51,983 nucleotides of DNA from Bacilli bacterium (GTDB lineage: Bacteria; Bacillota_I; Bacilli_A; RFN20; CAG-826), in contig JAZLFA010000041.1 of assembly GCA_045615545.1 (NCBI GenBank), positions 1 to 51,983 of the forward strand, in the 5' to 3' direction. The number at the start of each line of letters is the position of its first letter. Positions within the stretch are counted from its first letter, which is position 1. The notes below the pieces were generated by a model. It saw only the letters and a program-made list of their open reading frames with translations. It made no database searches and had not been told where the DNA came from. Shown here piece after piece: positions 27,755 to 38,016 of this stretch. The position numbers and the translations under genes were made by a program.

Positions 27755-29929
27755 ATGGCAGTTGGAATTAATAAAAAGTTATATGAAAGAAGAATGGAAT
27801 TAGATTATTCCGTTACTGAAGCGTGTATTCGACTTGATATTAGAAAAAGACACTTATATTTAATTGAAAATGGATATATTGATGTTGATGAAAAATTACA
27901 ACAAAAATTCATTCGTAAATATAAACTCGATCCTGATTTCTTTAATAATGATGAAAATTTAGGTTATCCAACTCCATTAGATGCAGTAGAAGCACCTACT
28001 AGCCCTAAAGTAATAAAGATTTTATCTTCCCTTTGGATTAAGATTATTTCTTTAGCCTTTGCGGTTGGCTTAATAATTATGGGCTCTTATGGCCTATATT
28101 ATTCTCCTCGTATTCAGGAATTAACACCAACACATTTTAATAACGATATTAATAATCTTGATAGTTACGCTAAAAGTAGTGGTGTACATTATAATTATAT
28201 ATTCAGTATCATGGCAACCCTTAGGTTGGATGATTATTATGCCATTGAAAACGAAGACACTGTTAAAGACGAAACTGGATCATCATATAACTTTTATTCT
28301 GCCGCGAACTTTTTTGAAAAAAAGGAAAATATTTCTTATACATTTACTTCTTCCAGAGGATTGTTATTTACTAAAGAATTAGTTTATCTTCCTTTTGAAG
28401 TTGGTAACTTATTTTACGAAACAGAAACAAAATACGAAGAACAATATTCTAGGACACACTTATATTTATATGAAAGCAATGATTCTTTAATGCTTAATTG
28501 CTTATATCATTTGTCCGTAGATAAATCTATTGATGGAAAAAATTATGAATTTAATCTTGTAGAATGTTTTGATGATTATGGTAGCTATACGTTAAATGAA
28601 CATGATTTTGAATATCATATTTGCACATCATTATTTTATGAAGCGGATTGTTTAACTGAAGCAGGATTAGATAATTTATTTAATAAAAAGATATCAGAAA
28701 CCGGTGTAAAATATGCCTCTTTTAAAGAAGGAATGTTTTTAGGAAATAAGGATAATGACGGATTTATGAAAACCATGGGTAGATTTTTAGTCTATGGTTT
28801 TGTGTGTGGATTTATTTGCTTAGCAATATTTATTCTTTCTTTGATTACAACTTATTCTCTTGATGATAAGTTATTAATTCCTGTTAGTGAAGATGTTGAT
28901 TTTTCATCTACTGGAGATGGTAAAGTAAAAGAAGTTAAGCAGATTAAACGTAACTGGAAGATTGTTCCATTTATTCCTGAATGCGTTGTTAGAGTAGCGA
29001 TATTACTTGTTCTTCTTGTTTCTAGTTTAGCTTTATATCGTTTGTTCCAATCCTTAACTGCAGTTGATATCGAAGCGACATTTAATAATCTTTCTCTTAA
29101 GAAAGAAACTGCGGCATTTTCTTCGCTCGCTATTATATTAGCCTTCTTTATTAAATTAGATAATAGAGCGAAACAAAAGAATACTTTCTTATCTAACTTT
29201 ATCCTCTTCTTTGTCGGGCTCATATATTACATAATAATGATCGCAATTGCACAAAATCTTGGGAGTAATACTGGTTTATTCGAAAACATTACGGGTGCAA
29301 TGTTATTGATTCTACCTGGAAATATTGTCTGGTCAATTTTAGCATTCAATTTGTTAGTTGGTGCTTTATTTTCTACGCCTTTATTCAAAGAACCAACTAA
29401 AAAGAAATATATTTTATATCGATTAACTGCTTTAATCCCAATTTCATATATGGCAGCAAGTGTAATTATTCAAATTGGCACAAACACTTGTGGTTGGGTT
29501 ATTCCTTTTGAAATAACATCTTTATTCTTTACTAAAGCTATTTCTATTACCGGCTTTGCTATTCTTTATTGTTTTGCTATATATTTCTACCGCAAATTTG
29601 TCTATAAAAAATATGGCAAGGAAAACGCTGAAATTTATCAAAATGGTCGTAGATATATCTTTATTAAAAACTTAATCGTCGCCTCAATAGTGGCAGTTAT
29701 TGGTATTGTTGATATTGTTATATTTAAAGTTTGGCCTGATAATCCACTCAAGTGTGGTGGTAACTACATCCTTCTCATTGGTATTCCACTTATGCTTTTC
29801 TATCATCCACATATGGGAAAAAGAAATGGAACCTGGGACTTAGTATTTACTATTTTATATGTTTTATGTTTGCTTCTCGGTGTTCTTCTTATTGCTGGAA
29901 GCATGTCAAATTATTTAGCAAGTATTTAA
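27755..29929 (+). CDS. XRE-like HTH domain fused to a polytopic membrane protein
   Basis: N-terminal LYERRMELDYSVTEAC.RLDI...LYLIENG HTH pattern, TM, about 230 aa soluble domain, then about 9-10 TMs. Confidence 0.7.
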   Translation: MAVGINKKLYERRMELDYSVTEACIRLDIRKRHLYLIENGYIDVDEKLQQKFIRKYKLDPDFFNNDENLGYPTPLDAVEAPTSPKVIKILSSLWIKIISLAFAVGLIIMGSYGLYYSPRIQELTPTHFNNDINNLDSYAKSSGVHYNYIFSIMATLRLDDYYAIENEDTVKDETGSSYNFYSAANFFEKKENISYTFTSSRGLLFTKELVYLPFEVGNLFYETETKYEEQYSRTHLYLYESNDSLMLNCLYHLSVDKSIDGKNYEFNLVECFDDYGSYTLNEHDFEYHICTSLFYEADCLTEAGLDNLFNKKISETGVKYASFKEGMFLGNKDNDGFMKTMGRFLVYGFVCGFICLAIFILSLITTYSLDDKLLIPVSEDVDFSSTGDGKVKEVKQIKRNWKIVPFIPECVVRVAILLVLLVSSLALYRLFQSLTAVDIEATFNNLSLKKETAAFSSLAIILAFFIKLDNRAKQKNTFLSNFILFFVGLIYYIIMIAIAQNLGSNTGLFENITGAMLLILPGNIVWSILAFNLLVGALFSTPLFKEPTKKKYILYRLTALIPISYMAASVIIQIGTNTCGWVIPFEITSLFFTKAISITGFAILYCFAIYFYRKFVYKKYGKENAEIYQNGRRYIFIKNLIVASIVAVIGIVDIVIFKVWPDNPLKCGGNYILLIGIPLMLFYHPHMGKRNGTWDLVFTILYVLCLLLGVLLIAGSMSNYLASI

Positions 29930-29939
29930 TATTTATATT

Positions 29940-29968
29940 AAAAATAGGCGTTACACACGCCTATTTTT
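29940..29968. terminator. Bidirectional terminator
   Basis: AAAAATAGGCG-ttacaca-CGCCTATTTTT between convergent genes. Confidence 0.75.
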
Positions 29969-30535
29969 GTATATCTTAATTATTTTGTATGTTGCCGGAG
30001 ATAATGCACCAGTTGTTAATATTTCAAATAAGAAGTTCCAACCAATAAATCCGATGGTAAAGAAGGCAAACGGATCAGCGTAACCTTGCCCCATGCTATT
30101 ATAAATTCCTCTAAAAAATAAGAAGCAAAAACCAATGAATGTGCCAGTATTAATTAAAGGCACTAATAATGAACAAATGATTACTCCAGGAAAAATTAAT
30201 TTTTCCTTTTTATTAAACAACATAAATAGTAGTGCTGGAATAAGTCCAGATAACATACCTTTAACTAAACATGTAATCACAGTTCCATAAATACTTTGAT
30301 CGTAAAATAGAGCAGTGGAAGGCGATAACAAAACAAAAGTGCCAGAAATTAAGCCCAAAATTAAGGCGCTTACTGGGCCATATATTATTCCTGCCAAAGC
30401 AATAGGAATAGCAGAAAAATTAAGAGAAACAGGCCCAATAGCACAAATATTTGCTATTGCTTGAAGAACCATTTCGATAGCGAGTAATATTCCCGTTCCG
30501 GTTATTTTTTTTGTTAAATTATTTCTTCTTTCCAT
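29951..30535 (-). CDS. ECF transporter S component
   Basis: 194 aa, about 6 TM, GILLAIE, IPIALAGIIYGP..LILG pattern. Confidence 0.8.
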   Translation of the reverse strand: MERRNNLTKKITGTGILLAIEMVLQAIANICAIGPVSLNFSAIPIALAGIIYGPVSALILGLISGTFVLLSPSTALFYDQSIYGTVITCLVKGMLSGLIPALLFMLFNKKEKLIFPGVIICSLLVPLINTGTFIGFCFLFFRGIYNSMGQGYADPFAFFTIGFIGWNFLFEILTTGALSPATYKIIKIYKNRRV

Positions 30536-30633
30536 TGTTAAATATTATACATACCTATTTTCATTATTCAAAAATAATGTTTTGTATTTTATCGTGCGAG
30601 GGTATATATTATACGCATAAGGAGAAATTTTCT

Positions 30634-33600
30634 ATGAAGAAATTAAAAATTCTTTCGTTGGCTGTTTTTCCGTTGCTTTTAGGCGTTATGGTAGGATGTG
30701 GTGGTAACAATGACCCTTCATCTTCCAGTGAAAAGAGCTCTGAAAGTAGCAGTAGAACAAGTACTGGTACAACAACCCCAGCACCTTCATCTACAACTAC
30801 CCCAGCTCCAAGCCCAAGTTCTACAACGGCACCAACACCAAGCTCATCAAGTGAAATTCCAACTGATACAGCGTACGTTTCAATTGATGGACTTAGCCAC
30901 GAGATGATTCCTGTTGATGAAGCGGCTGAAGGCTTAGTTGCTTCATTTGGTCTTACTGGAATTGACTTATTAGGTGGCGAATCTGTTGAATTCATGTATA
31001 ATTCAACTCCAATTACATCTAGCATTGGTACTGATTTAATTGAAGCTTCGATTTATGGTGAAAACAACGCAATTATCACTGAGGGTGAAACCGTTACTAT
31101 TGAAGTTAAGAATGCTGCAACAAGTGCTGCTGTTAAATTCAAAGTATGGGAAGATGGTGGTTATTCATTCTTTATTACAGGTTATGAAGAACCAGAAGTC
31201 GGTTTTGACCTATTAGTTGATGATACCCATATTAAAATGGAACCAACTGATCCATTTGAAGAGTATGATCAATATAGCGTATTAGAAGTTGAAGTTGAAT
31301 CTGGTTCAACTATTGCTATCTTTGATAGATCTACTTCTGTTACATTTACTCCAGCCTTAGATGAAGCAAGCTGTGATTCATTTACTTATAGTAGTGGAGT
31401 TATTTCCTGTGTTACTAGTGGTAAATTTGACTTCTATGCTAAATTCAAATTTGAAGACGATAAATTATATATCGATAAATCAGTTGAACCAACCCCAACT
31501 TTTGTTGGTTATGAAATGACTCTTGGAGAAGAAACCATTCCATTAACTAAAACAGAAGTTATTCCAGATGATGCGTTATGGATTGAACAATACACTCATG
31601 CATTTGAAAGTATTGCTAAGGGTTCACGCATCGATTTCTATGGTGTTCCTGAAACAGGCGAACATGTTAAATTAGTGGAAGGGTTAGGTCCAAATCCAGA
31701 TGATTTAACTAATAAAATTCAAAACAACTTAAAACCAGCAACTGTTGGTGGTGTTGACTGGACAGTATTAGCTGATGCTACTACTGTTAGCCTTTACTTC
31801 GAAGTCTATGCTTATGGTATTGGTTTCTGGCTACAAGGTGGTCCTGCTATTGAAGAAGGATTCAAACTTGTTGTTGGTACAAAGCAAATCTTAATGGAAG
31901 AAGCTGAACCATACGAAGAATACACACAATACAAAGCATTAGGTGTTGATGTTGCTGTTGGAGAAGAAGTCTCCATCCTCGACTTAAAAACTGGTGTAGC
32001 ATTTACTCCAGCATTAGATGAAGCAAGCTGCGATTCATTCAAATATGAAGAAAGCAAGATTAGCTGTACAAAAGAAGGCAAATTTGACTTCTATGCTAAA
32101 TTCAAATTCGAAGATGATAAATTATACATCGGGGAATCTGAAGTTACATTCGATGGCTATTCATTCTTATTTGATGGTGAATACTATGAATTAGAAAAGC
32201 AAGAAATTAAACCAGGTGACACCTGTCTTGCTAAATATAAACGTAATTTTGAACACGTTTCAGCTGGTAAACGTATTGACTTTTATGGTGACGTTAGTGA
32301 TGATCATATTCTTTTAGATAAGAATATCTGTCCAAGCGCTGATGATGAAACAAATAAAGTTCAAAACAACTTAAAACCTGCAACTAAAGATGGAGTTGAC
32401 TGGACAGTTCTTCAAACTGCCGATAATGCAGCTTTATACTTAGAAGTTTATAAAGATGGTTATAGTTTCTGGCTACAAGGTGGTCCAGAACTCAGAACTG
32501 GCTTTTATATTAAAGTTAATGGCACAGAATTTATTGAACTAGTTGATAGCAAAGAAACTCCAGAAGGTTTTGAAAAACAAGTTCAAGCAACTGAAGTTGC
32601 TCTTGCAGCAAATGATACATTTGTCATTTATGATGCTGCTAACGACACTGATTGGGTACCAACTTTAGATGAATATTCATCTGAAAACATTACTGTTGTT
32701 GATGAACATTATCTCGTTAGCGCTGAAGGAAGTTATGACTTCTATTTAAAACTTGCTTTTGGTAAAGATATGCTTTACGTTGGTGAACACACATCACCTG
32801 TTCCTGTTAGCGCACCTCGCGTTATGGGTAGTTTCGATGAATGGTCAACTGGTATTGAAATGCTTCCTGTTACCGAAGGATCTACTGAATATACTGCTAA
32901 AGTTGATGTACATGCTTTAGATGAAATTAAGATTTTAAATGGTGATGGTAAAACATACGCTGAAAACTGGAAAATCGAAGGTGGCGATACAAACGCTTTC
33001 GTTAGAGGTTTAGCTTCAGTTGATGGTTCAACCAAAAATGCAGTCCTTAATTTTGAAGGTACATATACACTTTATTATGAAACCGGTGATACAAATCCTG
33101 GAATCTATCTTGAAGGCACAAATTTACCTTCTGACTATAAAGCAGTTGCGTATCTTGGCGCTGAAGCCGGAGGCTCATTACCACTCAAAGTAAATAAAGT
33201 TGAAGGCGATATTATTGAATATTCACGTTTAGATGTTCCAACATCAGCAGGACCAGGAATGGGCTTTACTGCTTTTGAAATTGCGGATGCAAACGGTGCA
33301 ATTGATGTCACATTAGAAGGTGGTTCTGCCGCTGGTTCATTTACAAAGAATGGAACAAAGTTTGATTATAGTGGTAGTGAAACTGGTTTGAATTTGTATT
33401 TAAAATATGATACAAAAGCAAAAACATATTCAATCTGGGTTGATGATGCACATCCAGTTGCTGCTACTACAGTTTACTTAAAACCATCAATATGGGATGT
33501 TGATGGCGCTGTTTTCTATGCTTATTTCTTTGAAAGCGGCAAAGATCCTGTTTGGGTAAAAGGTGTTTCTAGTGGAGATAATTATACGTTTGATGTACCA

Positions 33601-33792
33601 GAAGGTTACACAAATGTTGTTTTTACTAGAGTAAATCCAGAAAAAAATCCATCAGTTGATGGTTGGGATGCTTCTGTCTGGAATCAAAGTGAAGATCTTA
33701 AAGTTCCAACAAACAAACTAGTTAAATACACCATTACTGCATGGGGTACAGACGGTTCTAAAGTTTGTAAAGGTGAATGGTCAGCTTTATAA
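30634..33792 (+). CDS. Large modular lipoprotein with repeated beta-rich domains and a putative starch-binding C-terminal module
   Basis: ATG 30634 after AAGGAG (ORF-track start 30511 is too far upstream); MKKLK..LLGVMVGC lipobox; S/T/P linker; internal repeats; aromatic-rich C-terminus. Confidence 0.8.
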   Translation: MKKLKILSLAVFPLLLGVMVGCGGNNDPSSSSEKSSESSSRTSTGTTTPAPSSTTTPAPSPSSTTAPTPSSSSEIPTDTAYVSIDGLSHEMIPVDEAAEGLVASFGLTGIDLLGGESVEFMYNSTPITSSIGTDLIEASIYGENNAIITEGETVTIEVKNAATSAAVKFKVWEDGGYSFFITGYEEPEVGFDLLVDDTHIKMEPTDPFEEYDQYSVLEVEVESGSTIAIFDRSTSVTFTPALDEASCDSFTYSSGVISCVTSGKFDFYAKFKFEDDKLYIDKSVEPTPTFVGYEMTLGEETIPLTKTEVIPDDALWIEQYTHAFESIAKGSRIDFYGVPETGEHVKLVEGLGPNPDDLTNKIQNNLKPATVGGVDWTVLADATTVSLYFEVYAYGIGFWLQGGPAIEEGFKLVVGTKQILMEEAEPYEEYTQYKALGVDVAVGEEVSILDLKTGVAFTPALDEASCDSFKYEESKISCTKEGKFDFYAKFKFEDDKLYIGESEVTFDGYSFLFDGEYYELEKQEIKPGDTCLAKYKRNFEHVSAGKRIDFYGDVSDDHILLDKNICPSADDETNKVQNNLKPATKDGVDWTVLQTADNAALYLEVYKDGYSFWLQGGPELRTGFYIKVNGTEFIELVDSKETPEGFEKQVQATEVALAANDTFVIYDAANDTDWVPTLDEYSSENITVVDEHYLVSAEGSYDFYLKLAFGKDMLYVGEHTSPVPVSAPRVMGSFDEWSTGIEMLPVTEGSTEYTAKVDVHALDEIKILNGDGKTYAENWKIEGGDTNAFVRGLASVDGSTKNAVLNFEGTYTLYYETGDTNPGIYLEGTNLPSDYKAVAYLGAEAGGSLPLKVNKVEGDIIEYSRLDVPTSAGPGMGFTAFEIADANGAIDVTLEGGSAAGSFTKNGTKFDYSGSETGLNLYLKYDTKAKTYSIWVDDAHPVAATTVYLKPSIWDVDGAVFYAYFFESGKDPVWVKGVSSGDNYTFDVPEGYTNVVFTRVNPEKNPSVDGWDASVWNQSEDLKVPTNKLVKYTITAWGTDGSKVCKGEWSAL
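31345..32490 (+). repeat. Intragenic duplication with about 640-660 bp period
   Basis: TTTACTCCAGC.TTAGATGAAGCAAGCTG.GATTCATT at 31345 and 32002; AATAAA.TTCAAAACAACTTAAAACC at 31711 and 32353; TTCTGGCTACAAGGTGGTCC occurs twice. Confidence 0.85.
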
Positions 33793-33824
33793 TCTGACAT
33801 TAAATACTTTTATCAATAATAATT

Positions 33825-33848
33825 GGACTTGGTTATCCAAGTCCTTTT
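33825..33848 (+). terminator. Rho-independent terminator
   Basis: GGACTTGG-ttat-CCAAGTCC plus TTTT. Confidence 0.8.
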
Positions 33849-33905
33849 ATATTGGATTAATAAATATTAATAGAGAAAAATAACTATTTGTGTTAACTTT
33901 ATTTT

Positions 33906-35210
33906 ATGAATATCGCGGTTATTCTTATTAGTGGCAATGGTAAGCGTTTTGGAGGAGAAACCCCTAAACAATTTATTGAAGTAAATAATCGTCCAGTGTA
34001 TCTATACACTGTTGATAGGTTTTATCATTCAAATAAGATTGATAAAATTGTTTTAGTTACTTCACCTAACTACATCGATTCAGTTAAAAAAGATTTAGAT
34101 AAATATACTTTTAAAAATATCGATGTGATTTTAGGTGGTAGCGAACGTTATATAAGTGTAATAAATGCTATTTCATATATCTCTAGTTTCGCTAATGAAA
34201 AAGATAAAGTTTTTATACACGATGGTGTGCGCGCATGCGTTAGTGAATCTATTATAGAAGATAATATTAAAGGACTAGATACTTATAATGCCACCTTAAC
34301 CGCAATTGAAGGGGACTTTATTGATTTACAAAAAGTTAGAATTGATACCGTCCATAAAAAAGATGGACTAATTTATCTAGCTCAGACACCTCAATCATTT
34401 CGATTTGGTTATATTAAACAACTAATTGAATTATATAAAAATGAGCCTGTAACTGATGAAATTAGGTATGTAGAAGCTAATAATGATGACTATTTAATTG
34501 TTAGTGGAGATAAAACTAATTTTAAAATCACTAACCCATCTGACTTAATTGCATTTAAGCAAATAATTAAGCCAGTTAAAAAATATAAAGCTTACTTATT
34601 TGATTTTGATGGGACCTTAATTGATTCTAGAGACTCGTTATTTTTAGTCTATCAAAAAGCATTTGAAGCAGTGGGAGTAAAGATTAGTAAAGAAGAAGTT
34701 ATGATCTTTATGAAAGAAGCAATAGAAAAGACATTTAAAAGAAAAATTGCTAATCCTAAAGAAGGACAATTGGAGCTTTATTGTGACATCATAAATAGTT
34801 ATATTAACGAAGAAAAAGTAACAAAAGAAAATAAGTTATTTTACGATACAATTGATATTGTAAATTATATCAAAGATAATAATTTATTATGCGGATTAAT
34901 TTCTGGAAATGATTCTTTACATATGAAAGAAGTTTTGACATTTTTAGGTATCGATACTTCATTATTTAAATGTTATATTGGTCACGCAGAAGTAGAACAT
35001 TTTAAGCCTCACCCAGAAGGCATATTCAAAGCTATTAAATGTTTAGGGGAACATATTTCTTTCGATGATGTTTGCTATGTTGGAGATTCGCTTGGTGATA
35101 TGATGGCAGCGTTCAACGCTGGTATAACGGGTTATCTCATTGATCGAAATAATGAATATCCGTTATCAAATACTTATATAAAGTTACGTTCATTAAAAGA
35201 TTTAATATAA
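33906..35210 (+). CDS. IspD/TarI-type cytidylyltransferase fused to a HAD-family phosphatase
   Basis: N-terminal G.G.RFG..PKQF, IHDGVR, QTPQSF, NFKIT..DL; C-terminal FDFDGTLIDS, KPHPEG, YVGDS..DM. Confidence 0.88.
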   Translation: MNIAVILISGNGKRFGGETPKQFIEVNNRPVYLYTVDRFYHSNKIDKIVLVTSPNYIDSVKKDLDKYTFKNIDVILGGSERYISVINAISYISSFANEKDKVFIHDGVRACVSESIIEDNIKGLDTYNATLTAIEGDFIDLQKVRIDTVHKKDGLIYLAQTPQSFRFGYIKQLIELYKNEPVTDEIRYVEANNDDYLIVSGDKTNFKITNPSDLIAFKQIIKPVKKYKAYLFDFDGTLIDSRDSLFLVYQKAFEAVGVKISKEEVMIFMKEAIEKTFKRKIANPKEGQLELYCDIINSYINEEKVTKENKLFYDTIDIVNYIKDNNLLCGLISGNDSLHMKEVLTFLGIDTSLFKCYIGHAEVEHFKPHPEGIFKAIKCLGEHISFDDVCYVGDSLGDMMAAFNAGITGYLIDRNNEYPLSNTYIKLRSLKDLI

Positions 35211-35229
35211 AGTTGAATTTTTGATAAAT

Positions 35230-35260
35230 GACAAGTAATTTACACTTATTTGTCTTTTTT
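35230..35260 (+). terminator. Rho-independent terminator
   Basis: GACAAGTAA-tttacac-TTATTTGTC plus T6. Confidence 0.7.
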
Positions 35261-35316
35261 ATTTATTTATAAATTATATTAATATATAATTATTATGGAT
35301 TTTTTGGAGATGTGTT

Positions 35317-36732
35317 ATGAGAAATAATGTTGGAATCTTATTGCCGGTTGCCTCTTTGCCAGGTAATCATGGTATTGGTGATTTTGGCGACAATGCTTAT
35401 AAATTTATCGATTGGCTCAGCAAAAATCATTATCGTTATTGGCAAATTTTACCTTTAAACCCAATGGGTTTTGGTGATTCACCTTATATGTCTACATATT
35501 CAATTGCGATTGATTTTAGATATATTTCATTAGACAAAGTAAAAGAAATGGGACTCCTTGATGAAGTTCCTGATTATCGTAAAAATTCTCCTTACGTTAA
35601 TTTCTGGAAAGTGCATCACTTCAAGATGAAGTACTTATATAAAGCTTACTTAAAATATCGCACAACAAAGATGGAAGGATTAAAGAAATTTAAAACCAGA
35701 CATCCTTGGGTGATGAAATACGCAACATATGAAGTATTCAAATCTCACCATGGTTTAGCACCTTGGACTTATTGGGATCAAGAAGAAATTTATTATTTTG
35801 ATCATCATAACAAACCACCTAAACGTTATTTAAAGGAAGTTGACTTTATTATCTTCCTTCAATTCTTAGCTCATAATCAATGGCATAGACTTCTTAGCTA
35901 TGCTAGAGAAAAGAATGTTGGTATTATCGCTGATATGCCTTTCTATGTCGGATTTGACTCCGTTGAATGTTGGTTAAATAAAGATCAATTTGCTTTTGAT
36001 GAAAATAATCGTCAAACCGAAGTTGGTGGCGTACCACCAGATGCTTTCTCTGATTTAGGACAATTATGGGGATCGCCAATTTATAAGTTTGATTTAATGA
36101 GAGAAAGAAATTACGACTTATTAGTCGATCGTACAGGTTATTTAGGTAATATGTGTGATTATTTACGTATTGATCATTTCCGTGCATTTGATACATATTA
36201 CGTTATCCCTGGAGGCGCGACTGATGCGCGTATTGGTGAATGGAGAGTTGGTCCTAGAGATGAATTCTTCCATATCTTAAAAGAAAAATATCCTAATATT
36301 AATATTATCGCTGAAGATTTGGGTGATTTATTCCCAAGTGTTCTTGAATTAAGAGATAGATTAGGTTTACCTGGAATGTACATTGTTGAATTTACAATGT
36401 TTGATCCAAATGCTCGTAATAGTGATGGAATGATTGTTTATACTGGTACTCACGATAACGAAACATTATATGGCTGGATTAAAGGTTTAAGTGACTTTGA
36501 AAAAGCGGAACTTAGAAATAGATTCCATTGCCAAGATCGTTATTTATATGACCGTATTATTCAATATACTTTAAATTTACCAAGTAAGATCACAATCTTC
36601 CCACTTCAAGATGTCCTTAAACTTGATAATAAAGCTCGTATGAATGTTCCTGGAACATGTGGCTTCCCTAATTTCTGCTGGAGAATGAAAGATTTCTCCA
36701 TCTTAAAGAAAGCTAAATTTAAAATTAAATAG
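35317..36732 (+). CDS. malQ: 4-alpha-glucanotransferase (GH77)
   Basis: GIGDFG, WQILPLNP, GVPPDAFS..GQLWG, RIDHFR, IAEDLG, YTGTHDN, RMNVPG. Confidence 0.95.
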   Translation: MRNNVGILLPVASLPGNHGIGDFGDNAYKFIDWLSKNHYRYWQILPLNPMGFGDSPYMSTYSIAIDFRYISLDKVKEMGLLDEVPDYRKNSPYVNFWKVHHFKMKYLYKAYLKYRTTKMEGLKKFKTRHPWVMKYATYEVFKSHHGLAPWTYWDQEEIYYFDHHNKPPKRYLKEVDFIIFLQFLAHNQWHRLLSYAREKNVGIIADMPFYVGFDSVECWLNKDQFAFDENNRQTEVGGVPPDAFSDLGQLWGSPIYKFDLMRERNYDLLVDRTGYLGNMCDYLRIDHFRAFDTYYVIPGGATDARIGEWRVGPRDEFFHILKEKYPNINIIAEDLGDLFPSVLELRDRLGLPGMYIVEFTMFDPNARNSDGMIVYTGTHDNETLYGWIKGLSDFEKAELRNRFHCQDRYLYDRIIQYTLNLPSKITIFPLQDVLKLDNKARMNVPGTCGFPNFCWRMKDFSILKKAKFKIK

Positions 36733-36743
36733 GAGGGTTTGTA

Positions 36744-37994
36744 ATGATTAATAGAATTAAAAAAGTCTATAATGTTAAATTACTATATCGTTGGAGAGCT
36801 CCTCAATGGTTCACGATGATATTCTGTTTGCTTGCGATTGCAGTTCCTGTAGTGGCGTTCTTTATGCCATATTTCCAATATGTTAGACCTGGAATTGAAG
36901 CACCTGACATTATTAGTGGTAAAGACATAGTCTTTTACTTATTCCAACAACCTAGCGCTAATATTAACTATTTGGTTAATGATATCTTTGTTAAAACATT
37001 AAAACCAGAAGCAATTGGACAAATGATGCCTTATGCTATGTATATTTTTGGTGCATTATTTATCCTTGTTGCAGTTTTTGCAATTTTCTTATTAGTATGT
37101 TTCTTTAGATTACTAATTACCGGCGCTTTAAAAATGTGGAACGCACCAAAAGGATTGGGTATTGCTTCCTTTGTTGGTAACTTAATGTTATTTGCATTCC
37201 CATTAGCTATTTCGTTATTTTATAACATGAGTAGCACAGGGGTAGCTGATATTCCTACATTTAATTTTATGTGGCCAATTATTTTCATTGGTGTTTCCTT
37301 TGTTTGTATGCTTTCATTAGTGATTATTTATGCTGCTGGATTCAAGGGCAAAGAATTTATTCCAAATGAAATGTATTTAGATAATTACATCGCTATGATG
37401 ACTGGTGAAGAAAGAAAACAATATTATCCAAACGGTATTGTTACTATTCCGCCACAAGAAGAACCTAGCACAACAGAAAAACAACCTGGTTACTTAAAGA
37501 AAAAAGATGAAAAGAAACCTGAAGTTGCAACTAAAGGAGTTGTGGTAGATAAACAGCCACAAGCTGCTGCTCCTGTTCCAGTAGTGGTTAATGTTACTGC
37601 TCCTGAAACTAAAGAAAATGTCGTTACTAAAACAATTACAACTTATAAAGTTGATTCATTAAAAGTTTTACCTGTCGGCATTAAAGATATCGGTGGACAC
37701 GCTTATGCACAAAACACCACTTTAGAAATTGCTGCTATTCCAAATAATATTACCTCAATTGGTAATAGTGCGTTTGCAAACTGTGTTGCTCTTAAGATTG
37801 TTGAATTACCTATTTCTGTAACTAAAATCGGATACAATGCTTTCTTCCATTGTCCTAAACTTACACGCATTAATTATGCAGGTACAATGAAAGATTGGAA
37901 AAAGGTAAAACGTGGAAGTAACTGGCTTGCCAGTTCTGGAACAACAATTGTTGTTTGTAATGATGGCGCTTTAAGCGTTAATCCATATAAATAA
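36744..37994 (+). CDS. Membrane protein with C-terminal BspA-type leucine-rich repeats
   Basis: Four TMs, low-complexity linker, IP.NITSIG.SAF.NC..L..V.LP.SVTKIG.NAF..C..L repeats. Confidence 0.8.
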   Translation: MINRIKKVYNVKLLYRWRAPQWFTMIFCLLAIAVPVVAFFMPYFQYVRPGIEAPDIISGKDIVFYLFQQPSANINYLVNDIFVKTLKPEAIGQMMPYAMYIFGALFILVAVFAIFLLVCFFRLLITGALKMWNAPKGLGIASFVGNLMLFAFPLAISLFYNMSSTGVADIPTFNFMWPIIFIGVSFVCMLSLVIIYAAGFKGKEFIPNEMYLDNYIAMMTGEERKQYYPNGIVTIPPQEEPSTTEKQPGYLKKKDEKKPEVATKGVVVDKQPQAAAPVPVVVNVTAPETKENVVTKTITTYKVDSLKVLPVGIKDIGGHAYAQNTTLEIAAIPNNITSIGNSAFANCVALKIVELPISVTKIGYNAFFHCPKLTRINYAGTMKDWKKVKRGSNWLASSGTTIVVCNDGALSVNPYK

Positions 37995-38016
37995 TTTAAT
38001 TATCGGAGGTTTATTC

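Noticed and set aside
30511-30633. N-terminal extension of the large lipoprotein in the ORF track
   Set aside because: It overlaps the divergent ECF gene start and promoter; the SD and signal peptide point to ATG 30634.
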